From Candidatus Heimdallarchaeota archaeon (GTDB lineage: Archaea > Asgardarchaeota > Heimdallarchaeia > Hodarchaeales > Hodarchaeaceae): DNA of 64,000 bases. Below the pieces are notes generated by a model that saw nothing but the letters and a program-made list of their open reading frames with translations, was not told the DNA's origin and made no database searches. The position numbers and the translations under genes were made by a program. Within the stretch, counting starts at the first letter, position 1, and each line of letters begins with the position of its first letter. Positions 49,511 to 60,038 of this stretch are shown here, one piece after another. The stretch lies in NCBI GenBank assembly GCA_048881705.1, contig JBHLSH010000007.1, positions 1 to 64,000 of the forward strand, read 5' to 3'.

Positions 49511-50623
49511 TTGAGAACCAGCAAAAAGTCCAACATACTTCAAGTCTTCTTCGTAATAATTCTTTTAGGAATCGTGTCTGGTACAAAGGTAGCGGCATTT
49601 ACGCTTGAGGATTTTTGGGAAGAGGATGCTAAACTCAATTATGCTGTTAGAACAACGGGAGATTACGAAGATGAGTTCTTTGATAATGAATACAGGCTTG
49701 AAGGCACCTATGTCTATGATGGCAAAAATGAAGAGGGAAAAGTTACGTTCAACATTAGTGAATCTAATGTCTTCGTTGAAGATGCCACCGTACTCGGATT
49801 GGGGTTCTTTGTCCGAATTGGGTATCCTTTACAAGCCGGTGATTCAATAGAATACTTTTTTGAGGTAGCTCCCCTAACTACCGAGGGACCTATATCAATT
49901 GATTTCTTTATCTTTACCAAAGAAGAGTATTCACTATGGGAAAATCCTGCAACCCATCTTCAGGCTCAAGCAGTGTATACATCAAGCTCATCTTTTACTG
50001 ATGAGGATGTGTTCAATGCCACTATTTCGGAAACATATTATCTTGTGTGGCATAATGACCAAGAAACTAATGCAGATTCAGTCTATATTCACTTTGTGTT
50101 GGACGCGGATATATCCAGGCATCCTAACGTGGGAACTATAACGATAGATCCGATTACCCTTGAAACAGAAGAAGGATCCAAGATAGATGAATTTGCCATG
50201 GATACTACGGGATGGAAGATGGGAGATAAAGTCACAATCGAGATCAATGACAGACCCGTTGATTTTACAATTGTTGATGAGGAAGAATTACCTCTACCAA
50301 TTAATAATGTGTCTGAAAATATCCCTACGTGGGTTCTCGAAAAAATCGGTTATGAACGAACGTATTTAGAACAAGAAACCATTACTATTAATGCAGATTA
50401 TAAGATTTGGAAAAGTAAACATTCTGGAACGACGTTGCAAAGTACAGAGGACATAGACCTATATGATAACAACTCGACACTGGTAACGACATCGTTCAGT
50501 AAATTTGCAATAACAAGCATTGAAAATGTAACAATTAAACCTAGAATAACGAATTTTTACCTATTTCCGATTGCTGCGGGTATTATGGTCTTGATAGCGT
50601 ACAGAAAATCAAAGAAGGACTAG
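49511..50623 (+). CDS. Secreted single-pass membrane protein with a GOLD/emp24-like beta-sandwich insert
   Basis: Signal peptide from TTG at 49511, segment GDSIEYFFEV...IDFFIFT...FNA..SETYYLVWHN, C-terminal TM followed by RKSKKD. Confidence 0.6.
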   Translation: MRTSKKSNILQVFFVIILLGIVSGTKVAAFTLEDFWEEDAKLNYAVRTTGDYEDEFFDNEYRLEGTYVYDGKNEEGKVTFNISESNVFVEDATVLGLGFFVRIGYPLQAGDSIEYFFEVAPLTTEGPISIDFFIFTKEEYSLWENPATHLQAQAVYTSSSSFTDEDVFNATISETYYLVWHNDQETNADSVYIHFVLDADISRHPNVGTITIDPITLETEEGSKIDEFAMDTTGWKMGDKVTIEINDRPVDFTIVDEEELPLPINNVSENIPTWVLEKIGYERTYLEQETITINADYKIWKSKHSGTTLQSTEDIDLYDNNSTLVTTSFSKFAITSIENVTIKPRITNFYLFPIAAGIMVLIAYRKSKKD

Positions 50624-51050
50624 ATATTTTAGTTGGCTTCAGGATTACCGCATTTTTTTTTCTACTGCGGTAGATTGTCCTCTTGGTGCCATTCGGATTT
50701 CTTGGCTCGTCGGGTTTTATTGTCTAATAGGACGAGTAGGATTGGGTACAGAACCAGATTTAGGCCAAAAAAGCAACTTACCTTAAAATGGCTCAGTATG
50801 AACCCCACCTTCCAATACTGCCAGACAAAAACCCTAAACCTGCACCAGGAGACCGACCTAAAAATTCAACCCAAAGCGATGCCCAGATCTGGAAAAACAT
50901 TCATAAAATAGTTTAAATCTCGGTATTCATGATCTTATGTTTACAATTCAGCAGCTTGAATGATATAACGCTTTTTGGGACGTATCAAAAAGGAAATTTT
51001 TTATATTTTACCTCTTCACCGGATTTATTGGGTAAACAGGGTGTTAACCA

Positions 51051-51404
51051 ATGTCCAGCCTTATTAGCGAATACATTAACCGATTCAGGGACTTTTACAC
51101 CCGTTCGATAGCAAACCGAGTCGTAAGTGGGATTGTAATAGTTGGAGCGATCACGGGTATCGCGTCAATTACCAGCATTTTCTTCAGGTTCTTAATGCAG
51201 GGAGACGATACCTGGCAGTCTTTCTTGGATGATATTCCATGGATCGGCTTGATCGTGGCTTTGATTATTGCACTAGAGATTTGGGGGCTTTTACCTTCTC
51301 CTACTATGAGTCAAGAGGAGTCAATCGGGCAAGACTCTGATGACAGCACAATGAGTCCCACAAATAGCGTTAGTCGTTTACAAGAGAATCTAGAGAATGA
51401 ATAA
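51051..51404 (+). CDS. Small membrane protein (2 TM, acidic tail)
   Basis: Two hydrophobic segments and a Ser/Asp/Glu-rich C-terminus. Confidence 0.6.
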   Translation: MSSLISEYINRFRDFYTRSIANRVVSGIVIVGAITGIASITSIFFRFLMQGDDTWQSFLDDIPWIGLIVALIIALEIWGLLPSPTMSQEESIGQDSDDSTMSPTNSVSRLQENLENE

Positions 51405-51455
51405 ACATAGGAATATACTATTAAATGTAATTTGCTCCTAAAACGGTGAGAAACG

Positions 51456-51995
51456 GTGTCCGAATACATTAAAAGAATAACAGAATACCGTAATCGTAAG
51501 GATGAATACTTCCAGTCTCATCCTGATAGTCCATTAATGCGGCCCGATAAAGAACGATTCAAAGGACTGGAATATTTCAAAATAGATGAAAACCTGTGTT
51601 TTAAGGATGTTAACCTGACCGAATTTCAAAATCCCAAAGATGTTTATCCAATGCAAAGGACTGGGGGCGATATAGTTTATTATAATATTTTTGGAAGTGT
51701 GAAATTCATCATTGACAATCAGGAGCAAGAATTAATCGTTTATACGAACCCAGAAGTAGGATCAAACTACTTCTTCGTGCCGTTCTGGGATGAAACAGCT
51801 CTTACCGATGAAACCTACGGTTCAGGAAGATATGTTGAACTAGAAAAAAGGCCAAATGGCACTTTTACATTGGATTTCAATCTCGCCTATAACCCAACCT
51901 GTGTTTATGCGCCAGAATATTCGTGTCCCCTCACTCCACGAGAAAATCGACTAAAAGTAAGGATAGAGGCGGGCGAAAAAAACTTTCTTCATTAA
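51456..51995 (+). CDS. DUF1684 family protein
   Basis: R..KDEYF..HPDSPL, GLEYF, FVPFWDET...ETYGSGRY, LDFNLAYNPTCVY, SCPLTP.ENRL.V.IEAGEK. Confidence 0.92.
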   Translation: MSEYIKRITEYRNRKDEYFQSHPDSPLMRPDKERFKGLEYFKIDENLCFKDVNLTEFQNPKDVYPMQRTGGDIVYYNIFGSVKFIIDNQEQELIVYTNPEVGSNYFFVPFWDETALTDETYGSGRYVELEKRPNGTFTLDFNLAYNPTCVYAPEYSCPLTPRENRLKVRIEAGEKNFLH

Positions 51996-52032
51996 ATTAG
52001 AGAGAAAAACAGGGATTTAGGCTCTATTAATC

Positions 52033-53109
52033 TTATGATGTAACCAAGCTTTCAAGGTTAGTTATTTGATCTGTTTTCGATTCCCCAGTGCGCATAAATT
52101 TTGAATATCTATACGAAAGGATGCCGGAAGCTAGAACGAGGACCAGTCCACCAACAATCTGACTAATGAAAAGGGTTTCATTCAGCAAAATAGGTAACAG
52201 AACAAACGCAGAAAGAGGGTAAAATAGTTCACAGATTGTAGAAACCGTGGCGTGAGTATTCTTTAGGCCGTAATAATATAATACCAAGGAAAGAAGGCCG
52301 ACAATCAAAGCAATAAAAAGAAATGCCCATGCTATTCCAAACAGGTTCTGGAGGATAAGATTGGTACTGGGAAAAGTTGTACCAGTTAATATTAGGACAA
52401 TATTTAGAGCTATGAGGAAAATAAATGCAATGAAAAAACGATACGTGGTCATGGCTTGATATTCCAAGCGTTTCTGGGTGTGCTCAAGCAAATAACGTCC
52501 AAAAACGGTACTACCACCCCAAAAAAACGCAGCCACAAGCGCCAAAATTCCCAGTGTATTTGCGGCTAGGAAATCAATATCGGCTATGACGAATAGCTGA
52601 GTCAAATCTTCGGTATAATTCGTTAAAGTTGGGAAGAATATCAGAAAAACACCGAAGATCGCAATGAAAGCAAGAATGAAATATTCCTTTGGTAATCTCT
52701 CGTTTAATACTAGACTAGCCAATCCAATGGCAATAAAAGGTTGCGTCTGTTGCAATAACACCACCATAGTTACAGACAAAGGATGTGCAGGATTGAAAGC
52801 CAAAGAAAAGGCCTCTGTTAATGCTATGGTGGCTAAAGCGGATCCTCCAATTCCAATGAACAATAGAGCAGCCCACTCTTTTTTATTAAACTCCCTTAAT
52901 TGAGCCAAATATCGAAATAACCAGGGAATTAGAACTAATACTATGATTATATGTTCAATCCCTACTATTTGAATTGAGATGAATCCAATAGTGCCCACTA
53001 AGAAGGTTCGAAAGAATGCATCTAGTGTCCACAAAAAGGCCGCCGTCATAATAAACAACGGGCCAATCCTCCGCAGTTGAAGGGCAGTTCTCGATCCGAT
53101 TTCAAACAT
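52033..53109 (-). CDS. DMT/EamA family transporter
   Basis: About ten TMs in two EamA halves (LQQTQP, LNERLP; WGGSTVFGR, YYGLK.T.AT..TI.EL.YP). ATG at 53109 follows GAAGGA. Confidence 0.9.
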   Translation of the reverse strand: MFEIGSRTALQLRRIGPLFIMTAAFLWTLDAFFRTFLVGTIGFISIQIVGIEHIIIVLVLIPWLFRYLAQLREFNKKEWAALLFIGIGGSALATIALTEAFSLAFNPAHPLSVTMVVLLQQTQPFIAIGLASLVLNERLPKEYFILAFIAIFGVFLIFFPTLTNYTEDLTQLFVIADIDFLAANTLGILALVAAFFWGGSTVFGRYLLEHTQKRLEYQAMTTYRFFIAFIFLIALNIVLILTGTTFPSTNLILQNLFGIAWAFLFIALIVGLLSLVLYYYGLKNTHATVSTICELFYPLSAFVLLPILLNETLFISQIVGGLVLVLASGILSYRYSKFMRTGESKTDQITNLESLVTS

Positions 53110-53850
53110 TTTTTTTCCTTCTGTCCATTTAAATTGTCCATAAATTACCATTTTAATATCTAAAGCATTGACTAATAAAAGAGTATAATTCAATAATATT
53201 ATCGTGCATCGGGTGTCGCTTATTCCTCGTTTAGCAAAAGATCGCTTCATTAATTTTTCTTTAGTCTAGGAATAGGGAAATAAGGATCACAAAGTCGGAG
53301 AAAATTGAGATTACTTAAGCATGGTGGAACTACTCACAAGAGAGTAATTTAAACAACCATGAAGGGATTTCCCAAATCTTGTATGATATGCAATTACCGT
53401 GTTTTGACTAGGTTTTAATATAGATAATGTCTCCAACTAGTCAAGTTAGGTAATGAAAATGAAAAATCTCATTACGCCACCCATATTATGATCCATAATT
53501 AATTGACATTACCTATGCAAGAGCTTAAACCTAAAGACAAACAAAAATTAAGTTTCGAGTTGGGAAATGTGATGGTAGGTGGTTTTTAATACAGAGTCCA
53601 GAAAAACCCAAGAATGAATCCTGTTGTTACGTTGCCAGGAGTTCCTGACACATCTGAAATCAATTTAGGACTCGTCTATACCTTATTACTGCCTATAATG
53701 AATTACGTTGGAGAAGGGAGCTCCTCTATGGGTTGTCAAAAACATGAATACGTTTATTGAGCAAATAAGCTTAAAAACTGTCTTACTTGAAAATGAACGT
53801 TATAGTAGACTCGCACAATTCAAAAAAAACAGGATGAAGAGGTGAAACAT

Positions 53851-54021
53851 TTGCGTAAAAAAGTACAATGCAGAGATCTAGGATTTGATTGTGATGGAGT
53901 AGTGGAAGGAAATACTGAGGAAGAAGTATTAATGAAAGTTGCTGCGCATGCAAAGGAAGTACACGGCATGAATGAGGTTTCAGAGGAAGTTCGAAAAAAG
54001 GTACTTTCCGTTATGCAGTGA
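53851..54021 (+). CDS. DUF1059 small metal-binding protein (missed by the ORF track)
   Basis: TTG start after GAGGTGA. Reads MRKKVQCRDLGFDCDGVVEGNTEEEVLMKVAAHAKEVHGM..., with the C...C...H...H DUF1059 pattern. Confidence 0.85.
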   Translation: MRKKVQCRDLGFDCDGVVEGNTEEEVLMKVAAHAKEVHGMNEVSEEVRKKVLSVMQ

Positions 54022-54141
54022 TGCAGGTCCTTCCTCTTCAAACATCCCTTTTTTGAGTTTTTTGTTACGAAAATGGCCTTTTTTTAACTTTGGTTCCTCT
54101 TTTACTTGTATAGGGTTTATTAGGCACATAGAAAGAATCAA

Positions 54142-55068
54142 TCAAACGTATTGGGAAAGAAATCCCGCGTACTCAGCCATAACTGTCCGACCTTGGCCTT
54201 TGTTAATATTCGGACTAATATGCTCAAATCCCTCATATTCGATCAGTTCAACCCTTTCTAGTCGTGTTTTAAGATCTCGGGCATTTATTGGGGGAGTTAC
54301 AATATCCTTTGTTCCGTTAAGTAACAAAAAGGGGGTGTCTTCTATTGATTCTAGGCATGACGTGTAAAAATCTACTTCTGATAAGACGTCCCCTGCCCAG
54401 TAACGCAATAGGAGCTCCAGAGTTTCAAGAGGTGTTCCCTCGAGTAATCTGTACGCCCTCCCCTCCAAAAGCCAGTTCATGATCTTCTGCCTAAAATTCA
54501 ATTGATGGTAGGTTTTTTGAAAGATAGCAGGTGTATACAAAATCCTTACAACTCTTCGAAAATTAGATCGATCAATCCTTTTATCCAATATATCTTCTAA
54601 TGTTAAGAGATCCCTCAATCTGTCCTGAAATATTTTTTCAACAGTACCGTCCTTAGGTGCAAGTAAGTTGACGATTCCGTATCCTCCGACGGTCTGGACT
54701 CGATCAGGGTAAAGAGATGTGAAAATCTGACTAACCAACGTTCCTTTGGATACTCCAAAAAGGTGCACCTTTTCAATTCCTAGAAAATCTAGCAACCCTA
54801 TTAGCTCATCTGCAAGATCCTGTAGGTTGAACGGTTTCGTCCTTGGGGACGATTTTCCAATCCCTTGATAATCGTATAGGAGATGGGAATGCGAATCCTT
54901 GGAAAAGGAACGGAAAGCTGGTAAATAGGAATGGTACCATTGGCGATGATTGAAGATAGATCCATTTACAAAGACTACGGGCATGTCGTCATTTTCAAGC
55001 CTCTCGAACCTGTAGTATATCCTAACTTTATCCTCGAGTTTAGCGTAAGGCATTTTTAGATCACCCAA
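54142..55068 (-). CDS. Alpha/beta hydrolase
   Basis: YDYQGIGKS, nucleophile elbow GVSKG, acid NGTKD, His FEHI. Likely start ATG at 55053. Confidence 0.88.
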   Translation of the reverse strand: MGDLKMPYAKLEDKVRIYYRFERLENDDMPVVFVNGSIFNHRQWYHSYLPAFRSFSKDSHSHLLYDYQGIGKSSPRTKPFNLQDLADELIGLLDFLGIEKVHLFGVSKGTLVSQIFTSLYPDRVQTVGGYGIVNLLAPKDGTVEKIFQDRLRDLLTLEDILDKRIDRSNFRRVVRILYTPAIFQKTYHQLNFRQKIMNWLLEGRAYRLLEGTPLETLELLLRYWAGDVLSEVDFYTSCLESIEDTPFLLLNGTKDIVTPPINARDLKTRLERVELIEYEGFEHISPNINKGQGRTVMAEYAGFLSQYV

Positions 55069-55107
55069 TTCTGGTGAAAGAAATTAGGGATAATGCTTCC
55101 TTCGTAA

Positions 55108-57156
55108 CTAGGTATACTTCTTAATCCAATCGAGAATCCTATTAATTCGATCGATAACGTGGCGGGGTTCACCACTTCTGGAAAGTTCATGGCCATCTCG
55201 GGGGTAGCGAATAAACTCTATATTCTTTTTATATCGTCTCCCAAGCCAAAACAACTGTTCTGCGTTCACAACTGGTACACGAAAATCATTATCAGAATGA
55301 ATAATTAACAGGGGAGTATTTAAATTCTTTATATGAGCTGCAGGTGAATCGTTCCAAATCTCGGCGAATCGTTCTATAACTTCACCCTCGTATTGTTTTT
55401 CAAACCAAATTGGAATATCTGTGGTGGTACCAAATGCTACAAATTCGTAGACTCCCCTCTGGCTGACCGCAGCTTTGAACCGATCGGTATGAGTTACTAG
55501 CCAAGCAGTCATATAGCCTCCGTAACTCCCACCAGTTACAGCAACCCGATTTGAATCCAGAAACGGATAACGCTCTAGGGCTGTATCTAAACCTTTGAGA
55601 ATGTCATTTCCAGGTGTTTCGCCCCAATCTTTGTATACAGCCGCCCTGAAGTCAATCCCATATCCATTTGAACCTCGAGGATTGCAAAACACTACCGCAT
55701 AACCATTCGATACTAGAGTATTCCACTCGTGCCATAAGGTTATTTCGTGCGGCGTCCACATTGCATTAGGCCCCCCATGAATCTCCAACACAACCGGCAA
55801 TTTATCATTACGGTTATAATCCCTTGGATATAAGAGCCATCCCTGGAAGGTAGTTCCCTCTCGTTCATACTGAAACTCTTCATATTGAGCAGTAGTCCGA
55901 TTATTTAGGAACTCCTCGTTTGACCTAGTTATTCGTTCTTCATCGGATCCATCACTCTTACACCAAAAAATGTCATTTAGGAAGCTTGCGTGAGAAACTG
56001 AGTAAGCGATTCGAGCCTTGTTTTTTGAAACAGCAAAAGATAGGATATTTCGGTCCCCACCAACGATACTGGTTGTATTTCTATCTTCGATTTTAATTTC
56101 ATGAATATTGATCTTTCCGTTACTCGGAGAGAGAAATAGAAGCGAATCATTTCTGAACCATCGTGACTGAATGACAGAACGATGGTAATCCGAAGTGAGA
56201 CATGTAATCTTGGGAGTACTGGGGTTTTTCAAGTCCACCAGGAAGATTTGATCATCATCATATACGATTTTTTCCTCTCTAATCGCTTCAAACGAGACAT
56301 AATCTCCTCCTGGTGAAAGCTGGAAGTTCTCTATCCATCCAAAAGCTTCTCCAATTAGCTCTGCATCCGAAGGGTTTTCGCAACTAATCTTAAGGATTTC
56401 TTGAATTAAGGAGATCGATGGGTCCTCCTTGGTCCTTGAAATATATACGCTGTTATCTCCTGGACCAAAAGTTCCTAAACTATAATGGTGCCCAAATTTA
56501 CCAATATGTTTTACGTTGCTTGAGCTCTTGGATTTACTTAGAATATCGAAGCTCGGAAGTTTTACCAAAAACGGTTGGAGAAATCTTCCCTCAAGATAAG
56601 ATGTACCTTCTCTATTGTACCCCTCGGTTATCACTCGAGGGTCCGTTTTTAGCGCTTTAAGCTCTTCCTCCTTTGCTTTGTATGCCTGATATTCGGCTGG
56701 CTTTAATACAAATGAAGGCGCCTTATCTGCTGGATCAAGAATAGTGTTGAGTTCTTCCTCATTCACCCGCGCCGAAACGAGAAAAGTTAGGCTATCATTA
56801 CTCCAGGTAAAACCGACAACGCCCTTCGGGAAGTTTGTGACGCTTTTAGCCTCTCCACCTTCAACAGGCATACAATAGAGCTGCATTCCGTTCTCAGCCC
56901 TGGATGAAAGGAAAGCCAGGTATTTGCCATCAGGTGAGAATTGCGGGCTACTATCAACTGAAGTTCCCGCAGTAAACCGAATTACTGGTTCTTGACCTTC
57001 TGTTTTAAGAAAAATGCCTGATTTGTACCGATTCTTGGTTTCATCGATGCTTTTCACAGCAAATGCCAATTTCTTTCCATCTGGTGACAAAGCTGGAAAG
57101 TTTGGAAACTTCAGTTTGACAAAATCCTCGCTCTTAACTGCCAAGCTTAATACCAT
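55108..57156 (-). CDS. S9 family peptidase (acylaminoacyl/dipeptidyl peptidase-like)
   Basis: PD40/WD40-like SPDGK propeller blades, EIHGGP, NPRGS.GYG, TGGSYGG, HSDNDFRV, GHELSR. Confidence 0.94.
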   Translation of the reverse strand: MVLSLAVKSEDFVKLKFPNFPALSPDGKKLAFAVKSIDETKNRYKSGIFLKTEGQEPVIRFTAGTSVDSSPQFSPDGKYLAFLSSRAENGMQLYCMPVEGGEAKSVTNFPKGVVGFTWSNDSLTFLVSARVNEEELNTILDPADKAPSFVLKPAEYQAYKAKEEELKALKTDPRVITEGYNREGTSYLEGRFLQPFLVKLPSFDILSKSKSSSNVKHIGKFGHHYSLGTFGPGDNSVYISRTKEDPSISLIQEILKISCENPSDAELIGEAFGWIENFQLSPGGDYVSFEAIREEKIVYDDDQIFLVDLKNPSTPKITCLTSDYHRSVIQSRWFRNDSLLFLSPSNGKINIHEIKIEDRNTTSIVGGDRNILSFAVSKNKARIAYSVSHASFLNDIFWCKSDGSDEERITRSNEEFLNNRTTAQYEEFQYEREGTTFQGWLLYPRDYNRNDKLPVVLEIHGGPNAMWTPHEITLWHEWNTLVSNGYAVVFCNPRGSNGYGIDFRAAVYKDWGETPGNDILKGLDTALERYPFLDSNRVAVTGGSYGGYMTAWLVTHTDRFKAAVSQRGVYEFVAFGTTTDIPIWFEKQYEGEVIERFAEIWNDSPAAHIKNLNTPLLIIHSDNDFRVPVVNAEQLFWLGRRYKKNIEFIRYPRDGHELSRSGEPRHVIDRINRILDWIKKYT

Positions 57157-57328
57157 CTTAATTATTGTGTGAATGAGCTTTCAATGATGGATAACGGTGC
57201 TTTAAAGCTGAAATTAAAAACGAATCTTTGATAATCAGGTAAAGAAGTTACAACAGTGTGAAATCCCCAAAAGAATGAGATTTGTTTCATTTCAATTTAA
57301 TTTCGCCTGATACACGGAGATAAGGTGA

Positions 57329-57769
57329 TTGCAAATGGATAAAAACCAACATTATCGAAAACTAGAAAATATGTATCATGGTCATCCGTTAAACACCGTA
57401 TTCAAGGCAAGGCTAACCATCCAAGAGCGTAAGACAGAACTTTTGATCACAGTTAACCCCGAATTGTTTCACGCGGCTAATGCCGTACACGGTGCCGTTT
57501 ACTTCAAAGCTTTGGATGACGCTGCTTTCTTTGCAGCAAATTCCATTGTTTTTGATGTATTTGTTCTTACAACTGCTTTTACAACCTACCTTACTCGCCC
57601 CGTTTCGTCAGGAGAGTTACGGTCGATCGGTCAACTGGTTAGTCAAAACAGATCTCAGTATATCGCTGAAGCTGTATTATACAATAATGGAGTGGAAGTT
57701 GGAAGAGGGACTGGTATGTATGTTAGATCGAAAATGCTACTTAGCGAAGTGGAAGGATATTCTTTCTAG
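57329..57769 (+). CDS. PaaI family hotdog thioesterase
   Basis: FHAANAVHGAVYFKALDDAAFFA motif. Confidence 0.9.
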   Translation: MQMDKNQHYRKLENMYHGHPLNTVFKARLTIQERKTELLITVNPELFHAANAVHGAVYFKALDDAAFFAANSIVFDVFVLTTAFTTYLTRPVSSGELRSIGQLVSQNRSQYIAEAVLYNNGVEVGRGTGMYVRSKMLLSEVEGYSF

Positions 57770-57836
57770 AGAATTCTGGCTGGAATATTTGAAAGAAACA
57801 GGGTATTATTGATACTATCGGATAATTTAGAAAGAA

Positions 57837-59930
57837 TTACTTGCCAAGTTCGTTTGAAAGATAATGATCTACTTCATCTAGACTTTTTAATGGCAGAGAG
57901 CACGTTAAGTCTCTGCATATGAATATAGTTCCGTCGAATAGATCGGATTCCTCCTTAGCTTCTATTCGTGCACCTACAAGTGGTAACTGACGTAGTTTTG
58001 GTAACGTTTTTACGGTAATATTTAAGAAAACCGCGGGAGGAAGATAAATAGATCTTAAATACTGTTCTGGGGAGGTAGAGGGATCTTTTTCTCCGTTATG
58101 AAAAGATGTGATCTCTAAAAGTTTGTGTCGATAGCTATCTAGTGCTACCAAAGCATCTCCGTTAAGGTAGCCATGATCCTCAGCCCATCCAACGAGGAAC
58201 TCAACCTGAGCTTCAGCTTGTTCTAAATAGCTGGAGATTCCTGAAAAGTGGTAAAATTTTAGTAAATTCTCCAGGGCAATGGCATTTGCACTCGGGACGG
58301 CAAATGAAACCACAGGTTTTTCTCTCGGGCCCACTGCATCTGCATCATGAGCACTGAAGAAATATCCAAATGATTCCTTATCCCAAAAATTCGCATTTAG
58401 GATGTCCTGTAATTCATTCGCAATTTTAAAGAAAGAATAGTCTCCTGACACTGAAAAAATCTCAAGAAGCGCCCGAATCAACAGAACATAATCTTCCGCA
58501 AATGCTTCTGTTTTCGTTTGTCCTTCCCTGTATGTTCTGTACAAAAGCCCCGTTTCCTGGTTACGAAGGTTTGATAAAATGAAGTTTGATGCCTCTTTGG
58601 CCTTTTTAAGGTAATCTGGATTGGAGAGAACATATGAAGCTTTTGCAAGAGCATGTATCACAAGTGCATTCCATGCAAGGATTATATTATCATTAAGAAA
58701 GGGTCTTTCGCGCCTATTTCGGTAGGAAAGAAGCTTTTCTTTCATCTCCTGGATCTCTAGCTTGGTATCGTGTTCTTTTTCTGCCTTATGAAGCTCCGAA
58801 GTCGCCTGCAAAACTGATAGACCATGCTCAAAATTACCTCCTTTCTTCACCCCGAAATACTCACAGAACTTATTTCCTGATTCTTTCCCAAGAATAGATC
58901 GAATTTCTTTCCCCGTCCATACATAAAATCGACCTTCCTCTCCTTCGGAATCTGCATCTTCTGACGAGTAATATGCTCCCCCAGGATGGCGCATATCGCG
59001 AAATAAATAATTGATGACCTCGGTGACGATCTCCGCATATTTCCCTTTTCCTGTAGCTTGAAATCCTTCTAAGTATAAGTTTATGAGTTGGCCATTATCA
59101 TACAACATCTTCTCGAAATGTGGGATCAACCATTTCCGGTCGACGCTATACCTATGAAAACCGGCACCAAGATGATCATAGATGCCCCCATCTGCCATCC
59201 TATCAAGGCTAAGCGTAACTGCAGAAAGAATCTCCTGGTTATTTCGTCTCCACTGGGAAGCGGATAGAAGTAAGAATCGAAGATCAGCCACTTGGGGAAA
59301 TTTGGGTTGATTCCCAAAGCCTCCAAAGATATTATCAAAATTCTCCATCAATCGGCTTACGAATCGATCCAAGATTCCATCGATCTTCCCCTGAGTTGAA
59401 TGCTGTGGCGTTACTTCAAATTGTTGTCTCATGGCTTTATGAACTTTCGCTACCAGATCAGTGACTTTATCTCGATTTTCATCATATTCTTTACCAACAT
59501 ATTGAAGGACTTTACGAAAGCTAGGTCTTCCATACAATGATCTCTTTGGAAAGTAAGTACCACCCGTAAATGGTTCTCCGTTGGGAGTAGCGAAGACAGA
59601 GAGCGGCCAACCACCACCAGTTCCTAAAAGGGCTAAGGCCTTCTGATAATACGAATCCAGGTCGGGACGCTCTTCACGATCAATTTTGATATTTATAAAG
59701 TATTCATTCATAATTTTTGCTGTATCAGGGTCACTAAAAGACTCATGGCGCATTACATGACACCAATGACACGCTGCATACCCTATAGAGATAAAAATCG
59801 GCTTCTTTAGCTCTTTAGCTTTAAGAATCCCCTGGTCCCAGGCGTACCATTCTACAGGGTTGGTCTTATGTTGCAGGAGATAAGGACTGGTTTCATTCGC
59901 GAGGCTGTTTTCGTAATTTTCCTCAGACAT
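57837..59930 (-). CDS. Thioredoxin-domain plus (alpha/alpha)6 barrel protein (YyaL/SPATA20 family)
   Basis: N.LA.ETSPYLLQH, SIGYAACHWCHVM.HESF, DREERPD.D, GGWPL, PHFEKMLYDN, DADSEGEEG.FY.W. Confidence 0.94.
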   Translation of the reverse strand: MSEENYENSLANETSPYLLQHKTNPVEWYAWDQGILKAKELKKPIFISIGYAACHWCHVMRHESFSDPDTAKIMNEYFINIKIDREERPDLDSYYQKALALLGTGGGWPLSVFATPNGEPFTGGTYFPKRSLYGRPSFRKVLQYVGKEYDENRDKVTDLVAKVHKAMRQQFEVTPQHSTQGKIDGILDRFVSRLMENFDNIFGGFGNQPKFPQVADLRFLLLSASQWRRNNQEILSAVTLSLDRMADGGIYDHLGAGFHRYSVDRKWLIPHFEKMLYDNGQLINLYLEGFQATGKGKYAEIVTEVINYLFRDMRHPGGAYYSSEDADSEGEEGRFYVWTGKEIRSILGKESGNKFCEYFGVKKGGNFEHGLSVLQATSELHKAEKEHDTKLEIQEMKEKLLSYRNRRERPFLNDNIILAWNALVIHALAKASYVLSNPDYLKKAKEASNFILSNLRNQETGLLYRTYREGQTKTEAFAEDYVLLIRALLEIFSVSGDYSFFKIANELQDILNANFWDKESFGYFFSAHDADAVGPREKPVVSFAVPSANAIALENLLKFYHFSGISSYLEQAEAQVEFLVGWAEDHGYLNGDALVALDSYRHKLLEITSFHNGEKDPSTSPEQYLRSIYLPPAVFLNITVKTLPKLRQLPLVGARIEAKEESDLFDGTIFICRDLTCSLPLKSLDEVDHYLSNELGK

Positions 59931-60038
59931 GTAAGGTATCCTCTGGGCAAGCTCTATCCTAATTAAAGTGATAAAAAAGACTCTTCAGATGTCGAAAAAT
60001 ACGAACTTAGAAGCCCAAAAGAAAAAATCGAGTAATCT

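Noticed and set aside
50633-50991. Overlapping short ORFs on both strands between the GOLD-like gene and 51051
   Set aside because: Several mutually exclusive frames and none convincing. A frameshifted membrane-protein remnant is possible but unsupported.
53560-53760. Minus-strand fragment reading ...VSGTPGNVTTGFILGFFWTLY
   Set aside because: It resembles a surface-protein C-terminus but is interrupted by stops within 10-20 codons, which is too little to call a pseudogene.
53820-54041. Tracked 73-aa minus-strand ORF and the 53972-54367 plus-strand ORF
   Set aside because: The real gene is the plus-strand DUF1059 at 53851-54021. These two ORFs are shadows.
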